64,000 nt of DNA from an uncultured Gemmatimonadales bacterium (lineage in GTDB: Bacteria; Gemmatimonadota; Gemmatimonadetes; Gemmatimonadales; GWC2-71-9), in the NCBI GenBank assembly GCA_963842945.1, contig CAWJIM010000019.1, positions 352,001-416,000 of the forward strand, written 5' to 3'. Positions within the stretch are counted from its first letter, which is position 1, and each line of letters starts with the position of its first letter. The position numbers and the translations under genes were made by a program. This document shows, piece after piece, positions 22,024 to 32,544 of this stretch. The notes beneath the pieces were generated by a model that worked only from the letters and a program-made list of their open reading frames with translations, did no database searches and was not told the DNA's origin.

Positions 22024-24198
22024 CTAGAAAGTAGGACTGAGGATCTGCTCGCCGGGCTGTAACGGAACACTTACTGGGGGACTGCCGGGTGCGGTGGCCT
22101 GGAGGAAAAGGCTGAACTCGATTTTGCCCTTTGCGGCGTCCCGAATCTGCCCTACCACATAGGCCAGCCGGTCGCCCTCGCGGGAAACAGCCAGGGAGGA
22201 AATTGGATCATTGGTCTGCAGCACCTGTGAGATATTGCCGTTCGCCGCGATCAGCCGCATGACCCGCGAGCCCCTGGATCCGCCGCCTCGTTCGACCACA
22301 TAAAACAGATCCCCATTTCGAGCGTAGCGAGGATTGGTCTCCCGCGCCGAGCCCTTGGTGAGTCGCCGCTGATTGGTGCCGTCGAGATCCATGGTGTAGA
22401 TGGCGTGGTTACCGCTTCGCGCCGATACGAAAGCGATCGTTCGGCCATCGGGTGAGACGCTGGGCGAATGATTTCCTCCCGACGCCGTTGTCAGTTGGCG
22501 ATTATCGCCGCCCTCCGCCGTCACGATCGCGACCTGGGTCACCGTCCCCGTGGTCGCGGTGTACACGATCCGCCCCCCATCCGGGGTCCACGCTGGCTCT
22601 CCCTCACCGCCTGAGCTGGAGGTGAGCCGGCGCGGTCTCTGACCGTCGGCATCCATCAGGTAAAGATCGAAGCTGCCGGACCGGTTGGAGCTGAAGGCCA
22701 GACGAGTCCGGTCGGGCGCTAGGGCAGCCTGAATATTCGTGGCACTGTCCACCAAGACCGGCAGCATTGGGGAGGGTCCCGGCACCCTCATCTGGTAAAT
22801 CCCGCTGTTGCCACGCCGATTCGAGCTGAGGAAGAGATCCGCGACCACAAAGACGTCTGCGCTGGCCTGTCTTCCCCAGGGCGTCAGTGCCGTGATCACG
22901 GCGTGACCCGGGGCCACCGCCTCAACCTGGCCGTTTTCCCGCACCGTCGCGGCCTCGCCCCGGTCCGAGGTCCACTTGGTGGCTGGCGTCTTGGTCGCTG
23001 CAGGGTCCTGGTCCCGGGGCACCGCGGACAATGTGGCCCGCTGTCCCACCAGCAGGCCGGTTCGGGAGGGCTCGATAGTGATCTCGCCGGTGACAACCTG
23101 AATAGTCCACACTGCGGGCGTAATACCGGGCAGTCTGGCGGTGAGCGTGGTAGTGCCCAGGGCCTTGGGCGTGAGTATGCCGGTGACCGGATCAAAGCGG
23201 GCGACCAGCGTATCGCTCAGCTCCCAGTTTACCTGGACATCGGCGAGCGGAGTCGAATCGGCGGCCTCGGCCACTGCGCTGAACTGCTGCTTTGACCGAA
23301 GCGGCAGCTGCAGGGTGCCGCCCTGGTGAGGGGACACGACCAGGGCATCGGGAGTGGCGTGGACGGTAATCGTGGCTCGCCGTTCCTGAGAGAACGCGGT
23401 GCCGATGATCTCGGCTTTACCGGCCGAGCGACCGCGAACCACCCCGCTTGAGGTAACCCCAACTACCGATGTATCGGTGGACCGCCACTGTACCACTCCC
23501 TTTAGTTCGCGATTCTGGTTCGGAATCAGTGCGTGAAGAGTGTCAATCTCATCCACTCCAAGGCCCAGGGACTCGGGATTGACGGTGAAATCACCGGGCA
23601 CCACTTCCACCGGCAGTGTGGCCATTAGCCCGCCGGACGCCGCCTGCAGGATGGTACGTCCAACCCCGGTTCCGGTAACCAGTCCTCCCGAGTCAACTCG
23701 GGCAACGTCAGGCTTGAGGGATTTGATCGTTACCCTTCCTACCGAGACCGGGGTGCCGTCTTCCTTCAAAGCCTGGGCCCGGATCCGTGCGGTCTCACCG
23801 GGCATCAGGGTGAGGGAGGGTGGCTCCAGAGTGAGGACCGATGCGGTGGAGGTTCGGGTGCCAGCCGGATCGCCCGGCGCGCTGCCGGTGATGAGCACCG
23901 CCAGGGAAGCCCGCTTCCCCTGCGAGCGCGCCTCGATCTTCGCCAGACCGGGCTTTATGCCGACTACCGTCCCGTCCTTTCTGACCTGGGCGATCAGACT
24001 GTCCGAGCTCCAGAAGCTGAATTTGGCGGTGGGAATGAGGTTGCCTCGCTGGTCGAAGGCCGTGGCGAATAGCGCCTGTTTCTGGCCTACGCCCAGAGTC
24101 ATCGTCTCCGGGGTAACCTGGACCTCGGCCACGGTCTGCGCCCTGCTCGGCGTACTGATCGAGGCTACAACAACAAATACCGCAACGAGATGAGACAC
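22024..24198 (-). CDS. Exported protein with multiple Ig-like (Big_2) domains and TolB-like PD40 repeats
   Basis: Repeated WSSSDSLIAQV / WRSTDTSVVGV Ig units, and C-terminal PDRTRLAFSS and SPDGRTIAFVS. Confidence 0.85.
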   Translation of the reverse strand: MSHLVAVFVVVASISTPSRAQTVAEVQVTPETMTLGVGQKQALFATAFDQRGNLIPTAKFSFWSSDSLIAQVRKDGTVVGIKPGLAKIEARSQGKRASLAVLITGSAPGDPAGTRTSTASVLTLEPPSLTLMPGETARIRAQALKEDGTPVSVGRVTIKSLKPDVARVDSGGLVTGTGVGRTILQAASGGLMATLPVEVVPGDFTVNPESLGLGVDEIDTLHALIPNQNRELKGVVQWRSTDTSVVGVTSSGVVRGRSAGKAEIIGTAFSQERRATITVHATPDALVVSPHQGGTLQLPLRSKQQFSAVAEAADSTPLADVQVNWELSDTLVARFDPVTGILTPKALGTTTLTARLPGITPAVWTIQVVTGEITIEPSRTGLLVGQRATLSAVPRDQDPAATKTPATKWTSDRGEAATVRENGQVEAVAPGHAVITALTPWGRQASADVFVVADLFLSSNRRGNSGIYQMRVPGPSPMLPVLVDSATNIQAALAPDRTRLAFSSNRSGSFDLYLMDADGQRPRRLTSSSGGEGEPAWTPDGGRIVYTATTGTVTQVAIVTAEGGDNRQLTTASGGNHSPSVSPDGRTIAFVSARSGNHAIYTMDLDGTNQRRLTKGSARETNPRYARNGDLFYVVERGGGSRGSRVMRLIAANGNISQVLQTNDPISSLAVSREGDRLAYVVGQIRDAAKGKIEFSLFLQATAPGSPPVSVPLQPGEQILSPTF

Positions 24199-24354
24199 GA
24201 CATATCGGCGCCGGACTCGCGCGGCGATTAACTGGCGAAACCAGCGCTGAGTTCACCAGGGCTTGACCCAAGGGAGAGGCGGAATAGCGATAAAATAGCT
24301 CACTCGAATGGGGGGGGACTAGCACGTCCCAGCCGTGTCAGTCTCCGAATACGG

Positions 24355-24381
24355 CTTGCACAAGCCTTGAGGATGTGCAAG
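24355..24381. promoter_or_regulatory. Inverted repeat, candidate operator (CIRCE-like spacing)
   Basis: CTTGCACA-N11-TGTGCAAG in the divergent intergenic region. Confidence 0.4.
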
Positions 24382-24466
24382 TTATATGTCCTGTCTCACC
24401 GGGTGGCGCTTGTGCGCCTCGGACCGGCGGCGGGTGGCGCCGCACACGCGTTCGGAGGAAGCTAAG

Positions 24467-24994
24467 ATGGCCGAACTTCATAATATGGAGATGGGCTGGT
24501 CGGGCTCTGGGTGGATGGATCCCCTGCCTTCCGAGAGCAGTTCGTCAAGTCCCTCGTCGTCCCGTTCATTCGATTTCGGAGACAGTTCCGATAGCCAGTC
24601 AAGACGTCGGGAGGCAGAAGAGCCAAGAGGTCAGCTCGAAAGGCCGCCCGGAAATCTGGCAGAGCGACGAAGACGCTCGGCCCGCAAGACCGCCAGGAAA
24701 GGCCGTCGGGCGGCGCGGAAGAGCGGCGAGGGCCACCAAGCGTGCGGCGCGGAAGAGCGGCCGGGCAACCAAGCGTGCGGCGCGGAAGAGTGCCCGGACC
24801 ACTAGGCGTGCGGCGCGGAAGGGTGGCGCGTCCAAGAGCGCGGCACGAAAGAGTGGCAGAGCGTCCAAGAGCGCGGCGCGCAAGAGGCGCGCTCGCGAAA
24901 GGGCCGGAAGGCTGCCCGGAAAGCTGGACGCACGACCAAGCGTACAGCCCGGAAGAGCGCCCGCAAAGGCAGGAAATCGGCCCGGCGCTCCTAG
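24467..24994 (+). CDS. Histone H1/Hc2-like basic repeat protein (multiple frameshifts)
   Basis: GGAGG RBS and ATG at 24467. Roughly 33-nt repeats encode AARKS(G/A)RATKR, and the protein ends RKSARKGRKSARRS* at 24994. Confidence 0.7.
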
Positions 24995-25018
24995 CAGTAT
25001 CAAGCGCGGGTCTGACCC

Positions 25019-26875
25019 TCAGCCCCGCGCGTCGAGGCCGGCCAGCGCAGCGGCACAGTTGATCAACGCAATGTGAGTAAAGGCTTGGGGAAAGTTTCCC
25101 AGGAATTCACCGCTGTAGGGGTCGATTTCCTCGGAGTATAGGCCTACATGATTGGCGTGTCGGAGCATCCGGCGGAACACCCGATCCGCCCGTTCCCGCT
25201 CGCCAATCATGGCCAGTGCCTGGGCCAGCCAGAAGGTACAAATCGAGAAGGCGCCCTCCTCGCCCTCCAGCCCGTCGGGGTGGCGGTACCGGTATACCAG
25301 CTCGCCGTCCTGAGTGGTCAGCTCCCGGGCAATCGCGTGAACCGTTCCATGGACTCCGGGGTGGTTCCACGGGAGGAACCGCACCATGGGGATGGCAAGG
25401 GCCGCCGCATCCAGCGCGTCGTGATCGTAGGACTGAACAAAGGATTGTCGCTCTTCGCTCCAACCCCGCTCCATGATCTCAGCGTGCAGTCGGTCCCGGG
25501 CAGCCCGCCAGGTAACGGTATCAGACTCGAGGTTCAGCTCCTCCGCCATGTGAACCCCCCGATCCAACGCCACCCAGCTCATCACCTTGCTGAAGACGTA
25601 GTGGCGGACCTCACCCCGGACCTCCCAGATGCTGGAGTCGGGCAAGTGCCAGTTCCGGCTGACCCAGTCGACCAGCCCCCGCAGTACCCGCCACGTGCCT
25701 TCGGTCATCTCGTGATTGCGGCGCCAGATGTCGGCCGTTTCGAGGACCTCTCCGTACACGTCCAGCTGGAGCTGACCCACCGCTCCGTTGCCCACCCGGA
25801 CCGGCCGCGAGTTGCGATACCCGCTCAGATGATCCAACTGCCGCTCGATCAGGTCCCGCCGCCCGTCGATACCGTACATGATCTGGAGGTGGCCGCCGCC
25901 TTCGTGGCGGCAGACCTTCTTCAGGAAGCGCATGAACTGGTCGGCTTCCCGGTAGTGGCCTACGGCATCCAGTGCCGCCAGGGTGAAGGCGGCATCGCGG
26001 AGCCAGACGAAGCGGTAGTCCCAGTTGCGGATCCCGCCCACCGTCTCCGGAAGCGAGGTGGTGGGGGCCGCAATCAGGGCCCCGGTCTCGGCATGGGTCA
26101 GGAGCTTTAGGGCTAGCGCCGAGCGCTTGACCATGCCTCGATAGGGACCGCGGTAGCGAACCTTGGCCGACCAGCGCTGCCAGAAGGCGGCGGTATTGTC
26201 CAGCTTCCGAGAGCTCTCGTACCGATCCACCGGGTGGATATCGTCATCGTCGTAGCGCAGGACCATCCACCGCTCTTCACCCTTCTCCAACTCGAAGCGG
26301 GCACTAGCGCTGGACTGCTCGACCTGCCACTCGAACGGCTTGGCGCTGGAGAGAGTGAGCACCTGGTCAGTACGGTCGGTCGCGAAGAGTCCCGCCCGGA
26401 GCAGCTCCAGCCGGGTGGTCCGGGCGCCATACTCGAAGCGGGGCATGAAGATCATGCTCATGCGCACCCGGCCGCGGCTGCAGCGCATCCGCCGGTGGAT
26501 CTCCGGATGCTGGCCCGACGGACGGCCATCTTCGGCCACCGGCATGAAGTCGGTGAGGCTGACCACCCCACCTTCGGCGGTGCGGAACGTGGTCTCCAGA
26601 ATATTGGTGCGGGGAAGGTAGCGTTGGGTTGAGGTCCAGCGGCCTTCGGGATGGATCGCCCAGGTGCCGCCCCGTTCCGTGTCGAGCAGCGCGGCAAACA
26701 CACTGCCGCTGTCGAAGCGGGGCAGACAACACCAGTCGATTGCTCCATCCAAGCCGACCAGGGCCGCCGTTCGCATATCGCCAATCAACCCGTAGTCGGA
26801 GATCGGACGATGGCGAACCGCGCCCGAGCGCCGGCCGGGGGCATCGGCCGGCGACTGAGGCTGGACGTCAGTCAT
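25019..26875 (-). CDS. Glycoside hydrolase family 15 (trehalase/glucoamylase-like)
   Basis: DYGLIGD, AAPTTSLPE, RNWDYRFVWLRDA, QLDVYGE, EGAFSIC and GNFPQAFTH. Confidence 0.93.
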   Translation of the reverse strand: MTDVQPQSPADAPGRRSGAVRHRPISDYGLIGDMRTAALVGLDGAIDWCCLPRFDSGSVFAALLDTERGGTWAIHPEGRWTSTQRYLPRTNILETTFRTAEGGVVSLTDFMPVAEDGRPSGQHPEIHRRMRCSRGRVRMSMIFMPRFEYGARTTRLELLRAGLFATDRTDQVLTLSSAKPFEWQVEQSSASARFELEKGEERWMVLRYDDDDIHPVDRYESSRKLDNTAAFWQRWSAKVRYRGPYRGMVKRSALALKLLTHAETGALIAAPTTSLPETVGGIRNWDYRFVWLRDAAFTLAALDAVGHYREADQFMRFLKKVCRHEGGGHLQIMYGIDGRRDLIERQLDHLSGYRNSRPVRVGNGAVGQLQLDVYGEVLETADIWRRNHEMTEGTWRVLRGLVDWVSRNWHLPDSSIWEVRGEVRHYVFSKVMSWVALDRGVHMAEELNLESDTVTWRAARDRLHAEIMERGWSEERQSFVQSYDHDALDAAALAIPMVRFLPWNHPGVHGTVHAIARELTTQDGELVYRYRHPDGLEGEEGAFSICTFWLAQALAMIGERERADRVFRRMLRHANHVGLYSEEIDPYSGEFLGNFPQAFTHIALINCAAALAGLDARG

Positions 26876-26958
26876 CGCCCAAGTATAAGTCGGCGGAGCC
26901 GGATCTTGCATCGTTCGCTGCGAGTCATCCACCTTGAAGCACCTTTTCCCCTATCTCC

Positions 26959-27427
26959 ATGCGTCCCTCCTTGCCCATTCTGGTGCTGCTGCTGGTGGCA
27001 TGTCGGCCCGCCGGACAGCCCACGGCGGACTCCTCCCTCGATCGTGCCGGCGCTCACCCGACACACTGTCGGCTCAGCTGGACCGGGCCGCCGGTGACTG
27101 GAACCGGGGCGACCTGGACGCGTTCATGTCGGACTATGCCGCCGAGAGCACGACCACCTACGTGGACGGCCGCCGGGCACGGCATGGGTTCGACTTCATT
27201 CGCAACAACTATGCTCCCCGGTTCGCCCCCGGTGCCCGGCGGGACAGTCTCCACTTCGAGGAGGTCGAGGTTCGGCCGCTCAGCCCCACTCTGGCGCTGG
27301 TAACCGCCCGATTCATTCTTCAGAGAGGCGACAGCACCACCGCGAGTGGTCCGTTTACTCTGGTCATGGAGCCAGATCTGAGGGCTGGAAGATCCTTCAC
27401 GATCACTCATCCAGTGATCCGCGCTAA
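26959..27427 (+). CDS. NTF2/SnoaL-like (DUF4440) lipoprotein (frameshifted)
   Basis: LVAC lipobox, WNRGDLDAFMSDY, and GPFTLVM...GWKILHDHSS in shifted frames. Confidence 0.8.
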
Positions 27428-28787
27428 ACGACTCGTCGTTGGCACATTTGCCGGCTGCCTGTTCCTCGCGGCTTGCAAGCCCGGCTCGCCAGGACGGTGT
27501 GGCGCTGGTAGGCGCCACCTTGATCGACGGGACCGGTGGACCTCCCCTGGCCGATGCAGCCGTACTGGTCCGTCGCGGCAAGGTCGAATCGATCGGACCT
27601 CGCTCCGGATTCGAGCTTCCCCGCGGGGTCAACCAGGTCGATGTCTCCGGCCATTGGATCATCCCCGGACTGATCGATGCCCATGCCCACCTGGCCCAGG
27701 CTGCTGGCTGGGCGCCGGCGAGGTATCTCGCCTGGGGAGTCACCACCGTGCGCGACATGCACGGGCCGCTGAATTCTGTCATCTCGGTCCGGAGGAGATC
27801 GAACACCCCGTCGAATGGGTCCCCCCGTATGTACGCGGCCGGGGCAATGATCGATGGCCTGCCGACCACCTACCCCGACGCGATCGGCGTCAACAGCGAG
27901 CAGGACGCGCGCAAGGCTGTCGATCGCCTGGTGAGCGCGGGTGTCGACTTCATCAAGGTCTACACCCACATCGACCCGCCGCTGCTCCGCGCCATCCTGG
28001 ATGAAGCCCACACGTTCAATATTGCCGTGGCAGCCCACCTGGGTATGACCGACGCGCTCGCTGCGGCCAAGGACGGGATTTCATCGATTGAGCATCTGAC
28101 CGGCGTGCCCGAGGCAATCTCGCGCGAGCGGTCGTCGCTGCTCGCGGCGCACTACCGCGGTTTTTTCCCCGGCTGGACCGCGTTCGAGCGCCGCTGGGCC
28201 GATCTCGACTCGGCGGCGCTGAGCCAGCTGGCAGGACGGATGGCCCAGGAACGGGTAACGCTCGTGCCGACGCTGATACTGCACGAGACTCTGAGCCGGC
28301 TGGATGATCCGGCTGATCCTCCGGGATTCCGCTCTCCAGGAGGTTCCGGAAGGTGCCAGACGAGAGTGGGACGTGCCGGGGATGATCAGCCCGGGCCGGA
28401 TGGGACCCGGCCGACTTCGCCGCGTTCCGGCAGTCTCGGCCGATGCAAAATCTCTTCATCCGTGCCTTCGTCGCGGCCGGGGGAAGGATCGCCACCGGAA
28501 CCGACTCTCCCAACCAGCTTCTGGTTCCGGGTTATAGTGAGCACCGCGAGCTCGAGCTGCTGGTTGCCGCCGGCATCAGCCCGAGGGAGGCGATCCGGGC
28601 AGCGACCCGGAACGCTGCAGTGTTGCTGGGCGTCGATTCCCTAGGATTGATTGCTCCCGGCAAAGTGGCCGACCTCATTGTCCTCACTAGGGATCCGCTT
28701 ACCGACATCCGTAACACCCGGTCGATCCAGGCCGTCATGTCCCGTGGTCACCTGCTGGACGTCGATTCCATCCGGGCAACTTGGTAA
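27414..28787 (+). CDS. Amidohydrolase family lipoprotein (frameshifted)
   Basis: GATLIDGTG, IPGLIDAHAH, GVTTVRD, SIEH, GTD and GKVADLIVL across three ORF pieces. Confidence 0.85.
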
Positions 28788-28838
28788 CGGTGCTGCCGGG
28801 GTGCCGCCCCCGAACATGAGGCCCTTCTGAACCCACCG

Positions 28839-29721
28839 GTGCCCGCAACCGAGGGAATCCAACGCCTCGCCCTCTTTTTCGCCTCCGCTCCCACCCGCCA
28901 GGGCCTGCTGGCTCGACGCGCCCTCGCTCGCCCTGCTCCCGATGAGGAGGAGCTGGTGCAGCGTTTGATCCGCCAGTTGGAGGAGGAGTCTGCGGCCGTC
29001 GAACGGATCGAGGGCGCGGTGGTGCCCACGATCTGGCGGGCCCATGAGCTTATGGATCTCGGTGCTGCGCGAGGGCCGCTGCGGTCGAGTGATGGAATGG
29101 ATCCTGGGACTTCAGGGTAAGCCCGGAGCTTTCAGCCAGGGCTGCAGCCGGATCCGCCACGCCCAACGCGTCTGCGAACATTTCATCTCCGGGTTCTTCT
29201 CACCCGCTCCGCCCGAGCAACGGGTCGCGCCGGTCATGTTGCCGAACGGGAAAGTGTTTCGCGCCGAGCCCGCAGCCCGGTTCGTCATCAGTTGCCTGGC
29301 TCTCCGCGCAGCATTGCGAGGAGGGTGGGGAGATCGCGCGGCGGTCCAGCGCCACCTGGCCAGCCTGCATCAGCTTCAGGAGCAGTGGTCCGATTGGAGC
29401 GGATACTTTGCGGCAGACGCGATCGTCGCCGGAATTCACGCTCTGGCTCTGAGCCCGCTCAGCCACCAGCTCCGTGACCGGCTGTCGTCCTTGATCGCGG
29501 CACACCAGGCGCCCGACGGCACCTGGCCCACGGCGGATCTGTTCCATACCCTCGAAGCGCTGCTTGCCCTGGGTACTTCCCCCGCTCAGGCAGCCATCCG
29601 CCGGGCTGTTCCCGCGCTGCTGTCGCGTCAGCGAATCGACGGCACCTTCGGCTCGACTGCGCAGCAGGAGCGGGCCTTGATTGCCTTGCGCTCGTTGATC
29701 TGGGCCGAGCAGGAAGGCTAG
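28839..29721 (+). CDS. Hypothetical protein with prenyltransferase/squalene-cyclase-like QxxDGxW/F repeats (frameshift near 29060)
   Basis: HQAPDGTW and RQRIDGTFG, in two overlapping ORFs. Confidence 0.55.
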
Positions 29722-29743
29722 ACTGCTCGAGGGAGGAGGTGCC

Positions 29744-30817
29744 ATGAGCGACGCACCCATCGATCAGAAACCGCGCATCCGGCTGACCGCCCTTTCGCAC
29801 GGCGCCGGTTGAGCCTGCAAGCTCGGCCCCGCCGATCTGGCGCAGGTCCTGCGCCTTCTGCCGAGTGTGGAGGATCCCCGCGTTCTCGTCGACGCCGCCA
29901 CGAGGGATGACGCCGCGGTTTTTCTGTTGTCTCCCGATCGAGCGCTGGTATCGACCGTGGACTTTTTCACGCCCATCGTGGACGACCCCTCCGCCTGGGG
30001 CGCCATCGCCGTCGCCAACGCGCTGAGCGATATCTACGCGATGGGAGCAACTCCGTTGTTCGGGCTCAACCTGGTGGGCTGGCCCCGGGAGCAGCTGCCC
30101 TTCGAAGTCCTGGGGAAAGTGCTTGAGGGAGCGGCCGATGTTGCCCGGAGAGCCAAGTGCCTGGTCCTCGGGGGTCATTCGATCGACTCGGCCGAGCCAA
30201 TGTTCGGTATGGCGGTGGTGGGAGAGGTCCATCCGGACCGGATGCTCACCAACGCCGGCGCCTGCGCCGGTGACCGGCTGGTGCTCACCAAGCCGCTGGG
30301 AACCGGGATCCTGGCGACCGCGCTCAAGCGCGACGCTCTCCTCGAAACCGGAATGACTGAGGCAGTCCGCTCCATGACCACGCTGAACGACGGCGCCGCC
30401 CGAGCCGCACTCAGGGTCGGAGTCAGCGCCGCCACCGACGTGACCGGCTTCGGACTGCTGGGACATCTGACCAACATCCTGGATGCGAGCAAGGTGGCGG
30501 CCGAGATCGCCTTCGACAGCGTCCCCGTACTTCCGCACACGCGAAATCTCGCCTCCCGCGGAGTGATTCCCGGGGGCACTCAGCGTAACCTCGCCGCAGC
30601 TGACCGGGTGGAGTGGGCGCCCGACCTGACCGTCACTGACCGTTATCTCTGCGTGGACGCGCAGACTTCTGGTGGCCTGCTGTTGGTGGTGCCTCGCGAG
30701 CACGAGGCCGCGTTGCTGGCGGCGCTGGTCGAGGAGGGAACTCCTGCGGCTGCGGTAATCGGTCGCATTGTGGCCGGCAGCCCGGGTACTATCCGGGTCA
30801 GTCGGCAGCTGGGCTAG
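29744..30817 (+). CDS. selD: Selenophosphate synthetase containing selenocysteine (UGA at codon 23)
   Basis: GGAGG RBS. MSDAPIDQKPRIRLTALSHGAG-TGA-ACKLGP is in frame with DDAAV, TVDFFTP, NALSDIYAMG, TDVTGFGLLGH and QTSGGLL. Confidence 0.95.
29822..29865 (+). promoter_or_regulatory. Putative bacterial SECIS hairpin
   Basis: Downstream of TGA 29810-29812 there is a CTCGGC...GCCGAG outer stem and a GGCGCAG-GTC-CTGCGCC apical stem with G in the loop. Confidence 0.6.
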
Positions 30818-30877
30818 CCCCCGTTCCTTGCTGGCCTATCGGAACTCTTGGCAAATCTGGAAGAACGGAGTTGGTAG

Positions 30878-31102
30878 ATGTCTACAGTTCGCTGGACCAC
30901 TGAACGCATGGATCAGTTGGAACGGGCGGCCAGGGACGGCCTCCGGGTCGCCCTATCGCGCCGGGGAACCGAGTATGTCGTGGTGGCCCAGCGGGTCACC
31001 TCGATCGACCAACACGAGGCGCTGGTCGGCTGGCTGCCCATGACGGGTGAAGAGCTCACCTTTCGCCTGGAAGAGATCGAGAGCTTTCAGGTGATCGAGT
31101 GA
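30878..31102 (+). CDS. Small hypothetical protein
   Basis: GGAG RBS, and its stop overlaps the rnhA start (GTGA). Confidence 0.7.
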   Translation: MSTVRWTTERMDQLERAARDGLRVALSRRGTEYVVVAQRVTSIDQHEALVGWLPMTGEELTFRLEEIESFQVIE

Positions 31103-31719
31103 GCCGGGTGGCCATCGTTCATCTGGATGAGAGCTGCCTGGGAAACGGTCGCGAAGGTGAGAACCCGGGTGGAGCGGGTGGTTTGATCGAGGCCCGGGCC
31201 TCCAAGCAGATTCAGCGCCGCGACTTCTACAGCTACACCCCGAACAGCACCAACAACCGGATGGCCCTGAGTGGGGCCATCACTGCGCTTCGAATCCTGG
31301 CTGGAAAGCGCAATCGTCTTCGAGTGCTCATGGTCTCCGATTCCGAGTATCTGGTGAAGGGTATGCGGGAATGGGCCCCCGGCTGGGCCTCCCGCGGTTG
31401 GGTTCGGAAGGCCGGCCCGATCGAAAACCTGGAGTTGTGGCAAAACCTGGCGGAGACCGCCCGTTTGCATGAGGTACAGTGGACCTGGGTTCGGGGCCAC
31501 CAGGGACACCCCAAGAACGAATACGCCAACGACCTGGCGATCGCCGCAGCTCGCGGTGGCAAGAGCTCGGAGGGTGCCATTGATTCGGGGTTTTTACCCT
31601 GGCTCGAGATCAAACAGGCCAAGGGAAAGTTTGTCGGGTACGATCCCGACGTGGCCTTTGCCACGCTGGAAAGGAGGGTTGCGGAAGGCGAGAGCTTTCC
31701 CCTGGCCGAGAAGGTGTAA
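31099..31719 (+). CDS. rnhA: Ribonuclease HI
   Basis: DESCLGN, STNNRM, SDSEY, NLELWQ and WVRGHQGHPKNEYANDLA. Confidence 0.9.
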   Translation: MSRVAIVHLDESCLGNGREGENPGGAGGLIEARASKQIQRRDFYSYTPNSTNNRMALSGAITALRILAGKRNRLRVLMVSDSEYLVKGMREWAPGWASRGWVRKAGPIENLELWQNLAETARLHEVQWTWVRGHQGHPKNEYANDLAIAAARGGKSSEGAIDSGFLPWLEIKQAKGKFVGYDPDVAFATLERRVAEGESFPLAEKV

Positions 31720-31834
31720 CCTCCCCTCAGCGAGCCCAACCCCTCAGCACGAAACCTGCTGGCAGCCGCGGCAGTTAGACCGTCAAATTCCGGTGCAAAG
31801 AATTGCGTCCCTGAGCCGAGCCAGGAGAGCATAC

Positions 31835-32476
31835 GTGGATCTGGAGCGACTCTTTCGTCAGATCGTGCTGAACCTTGCCACCAGAGATCCTGGCGGTCTT
31901 CGCCGAGCCCTTAGCCTGGCCGAGGTCCGGGACGGGGTTATTCCCTATCGAGCCAACCGGCGAGCCCTCGGCATCGAGACCAGCGAAGACTACGAGTTGG
32001 CATTGCTCCGGCTCTATGCCGGCGAAAGCGGCTTGGCCCGCACCGCGCCGGCCGAGGCCCGGATCGAGCTCGCAGCGGAGCTCAGCCGCCCCCATCCAGA
32101 TCTGGCTATCCTCCAGCAATATGAGACGGCAACGATCCGGCTCGATCCCGCTGCCGTGGACAGGGTTTTGGATCCGGAACCTGAGCTGAGGTTTGCTCCC
32201 AGCAATTCCGCGAGCTCTCCCGAGCCCAAGACCCCCCGGAAGCGCAGCCGCAGCAAGCCGGAGATTCGGCCGGCCGACCCTCCACAATCCTGCTGCATCC
32301 GCTGTAGTGCCACCTTGCCCTCAGGTCGAGTCGTCAACTTCTGTCCCCAGTGTGGGCAAAATCTGGCGATCCGGTACTGCGCCGAGTGCGATACCGAGCT
32401 CCAGGTCACCTGGAAGCACTGCGTTCACTGCGGAGTCTCGGCGGCGCCCAGACGACGTACCGGCTCCGATCGCTGA
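31835..32476 (+). CDS. Double zinc-ribbon domain protein
   Basis: C-terminal CIRC, CPQCG, CAEC and CVHCG. GGAG precedes the GTG start. Confidence 0.75.
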   Translation: MDLERLFRQIVLNLATRDPGGLRRALSLAEVRDGVIPYRANRRALGIETSEDYELALLRLYAGESGLARTAPAEARIELAAELSRPHPDLAILQQYETATIRLDPAAVDRVLDPEPELRFAPSNSASSPEPKTPRKRSRSKPEIRPADPPQSCCIRCSATLPSGRVVNFCPQCGQNLAIRYCAECDTELQVTWKHCVHCGVSAAPRRRTGSDR

Positions 32477-32544
32477 GCTTTGCGGCGACCGGCCAGCCGG
32501 GCATATTTCAATCCTCCACACTTCACCCCCCGGGGTACCTCAAG

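Noticed and set aside
26858..26875. GH15 and HemH both appear to start MTDVQP
   Set aside because: The match is only six codons, the upstream DNA is unrelated and both starts are uncertain. It is probably coincidence.
29867..30817. selD as a 5'-truncated gene or pseudogene
   Set aside because: The upstream in-frame TGA sits at the known Sec/Cys catalytic site, with an RBS and a SECIS-like hairpin.
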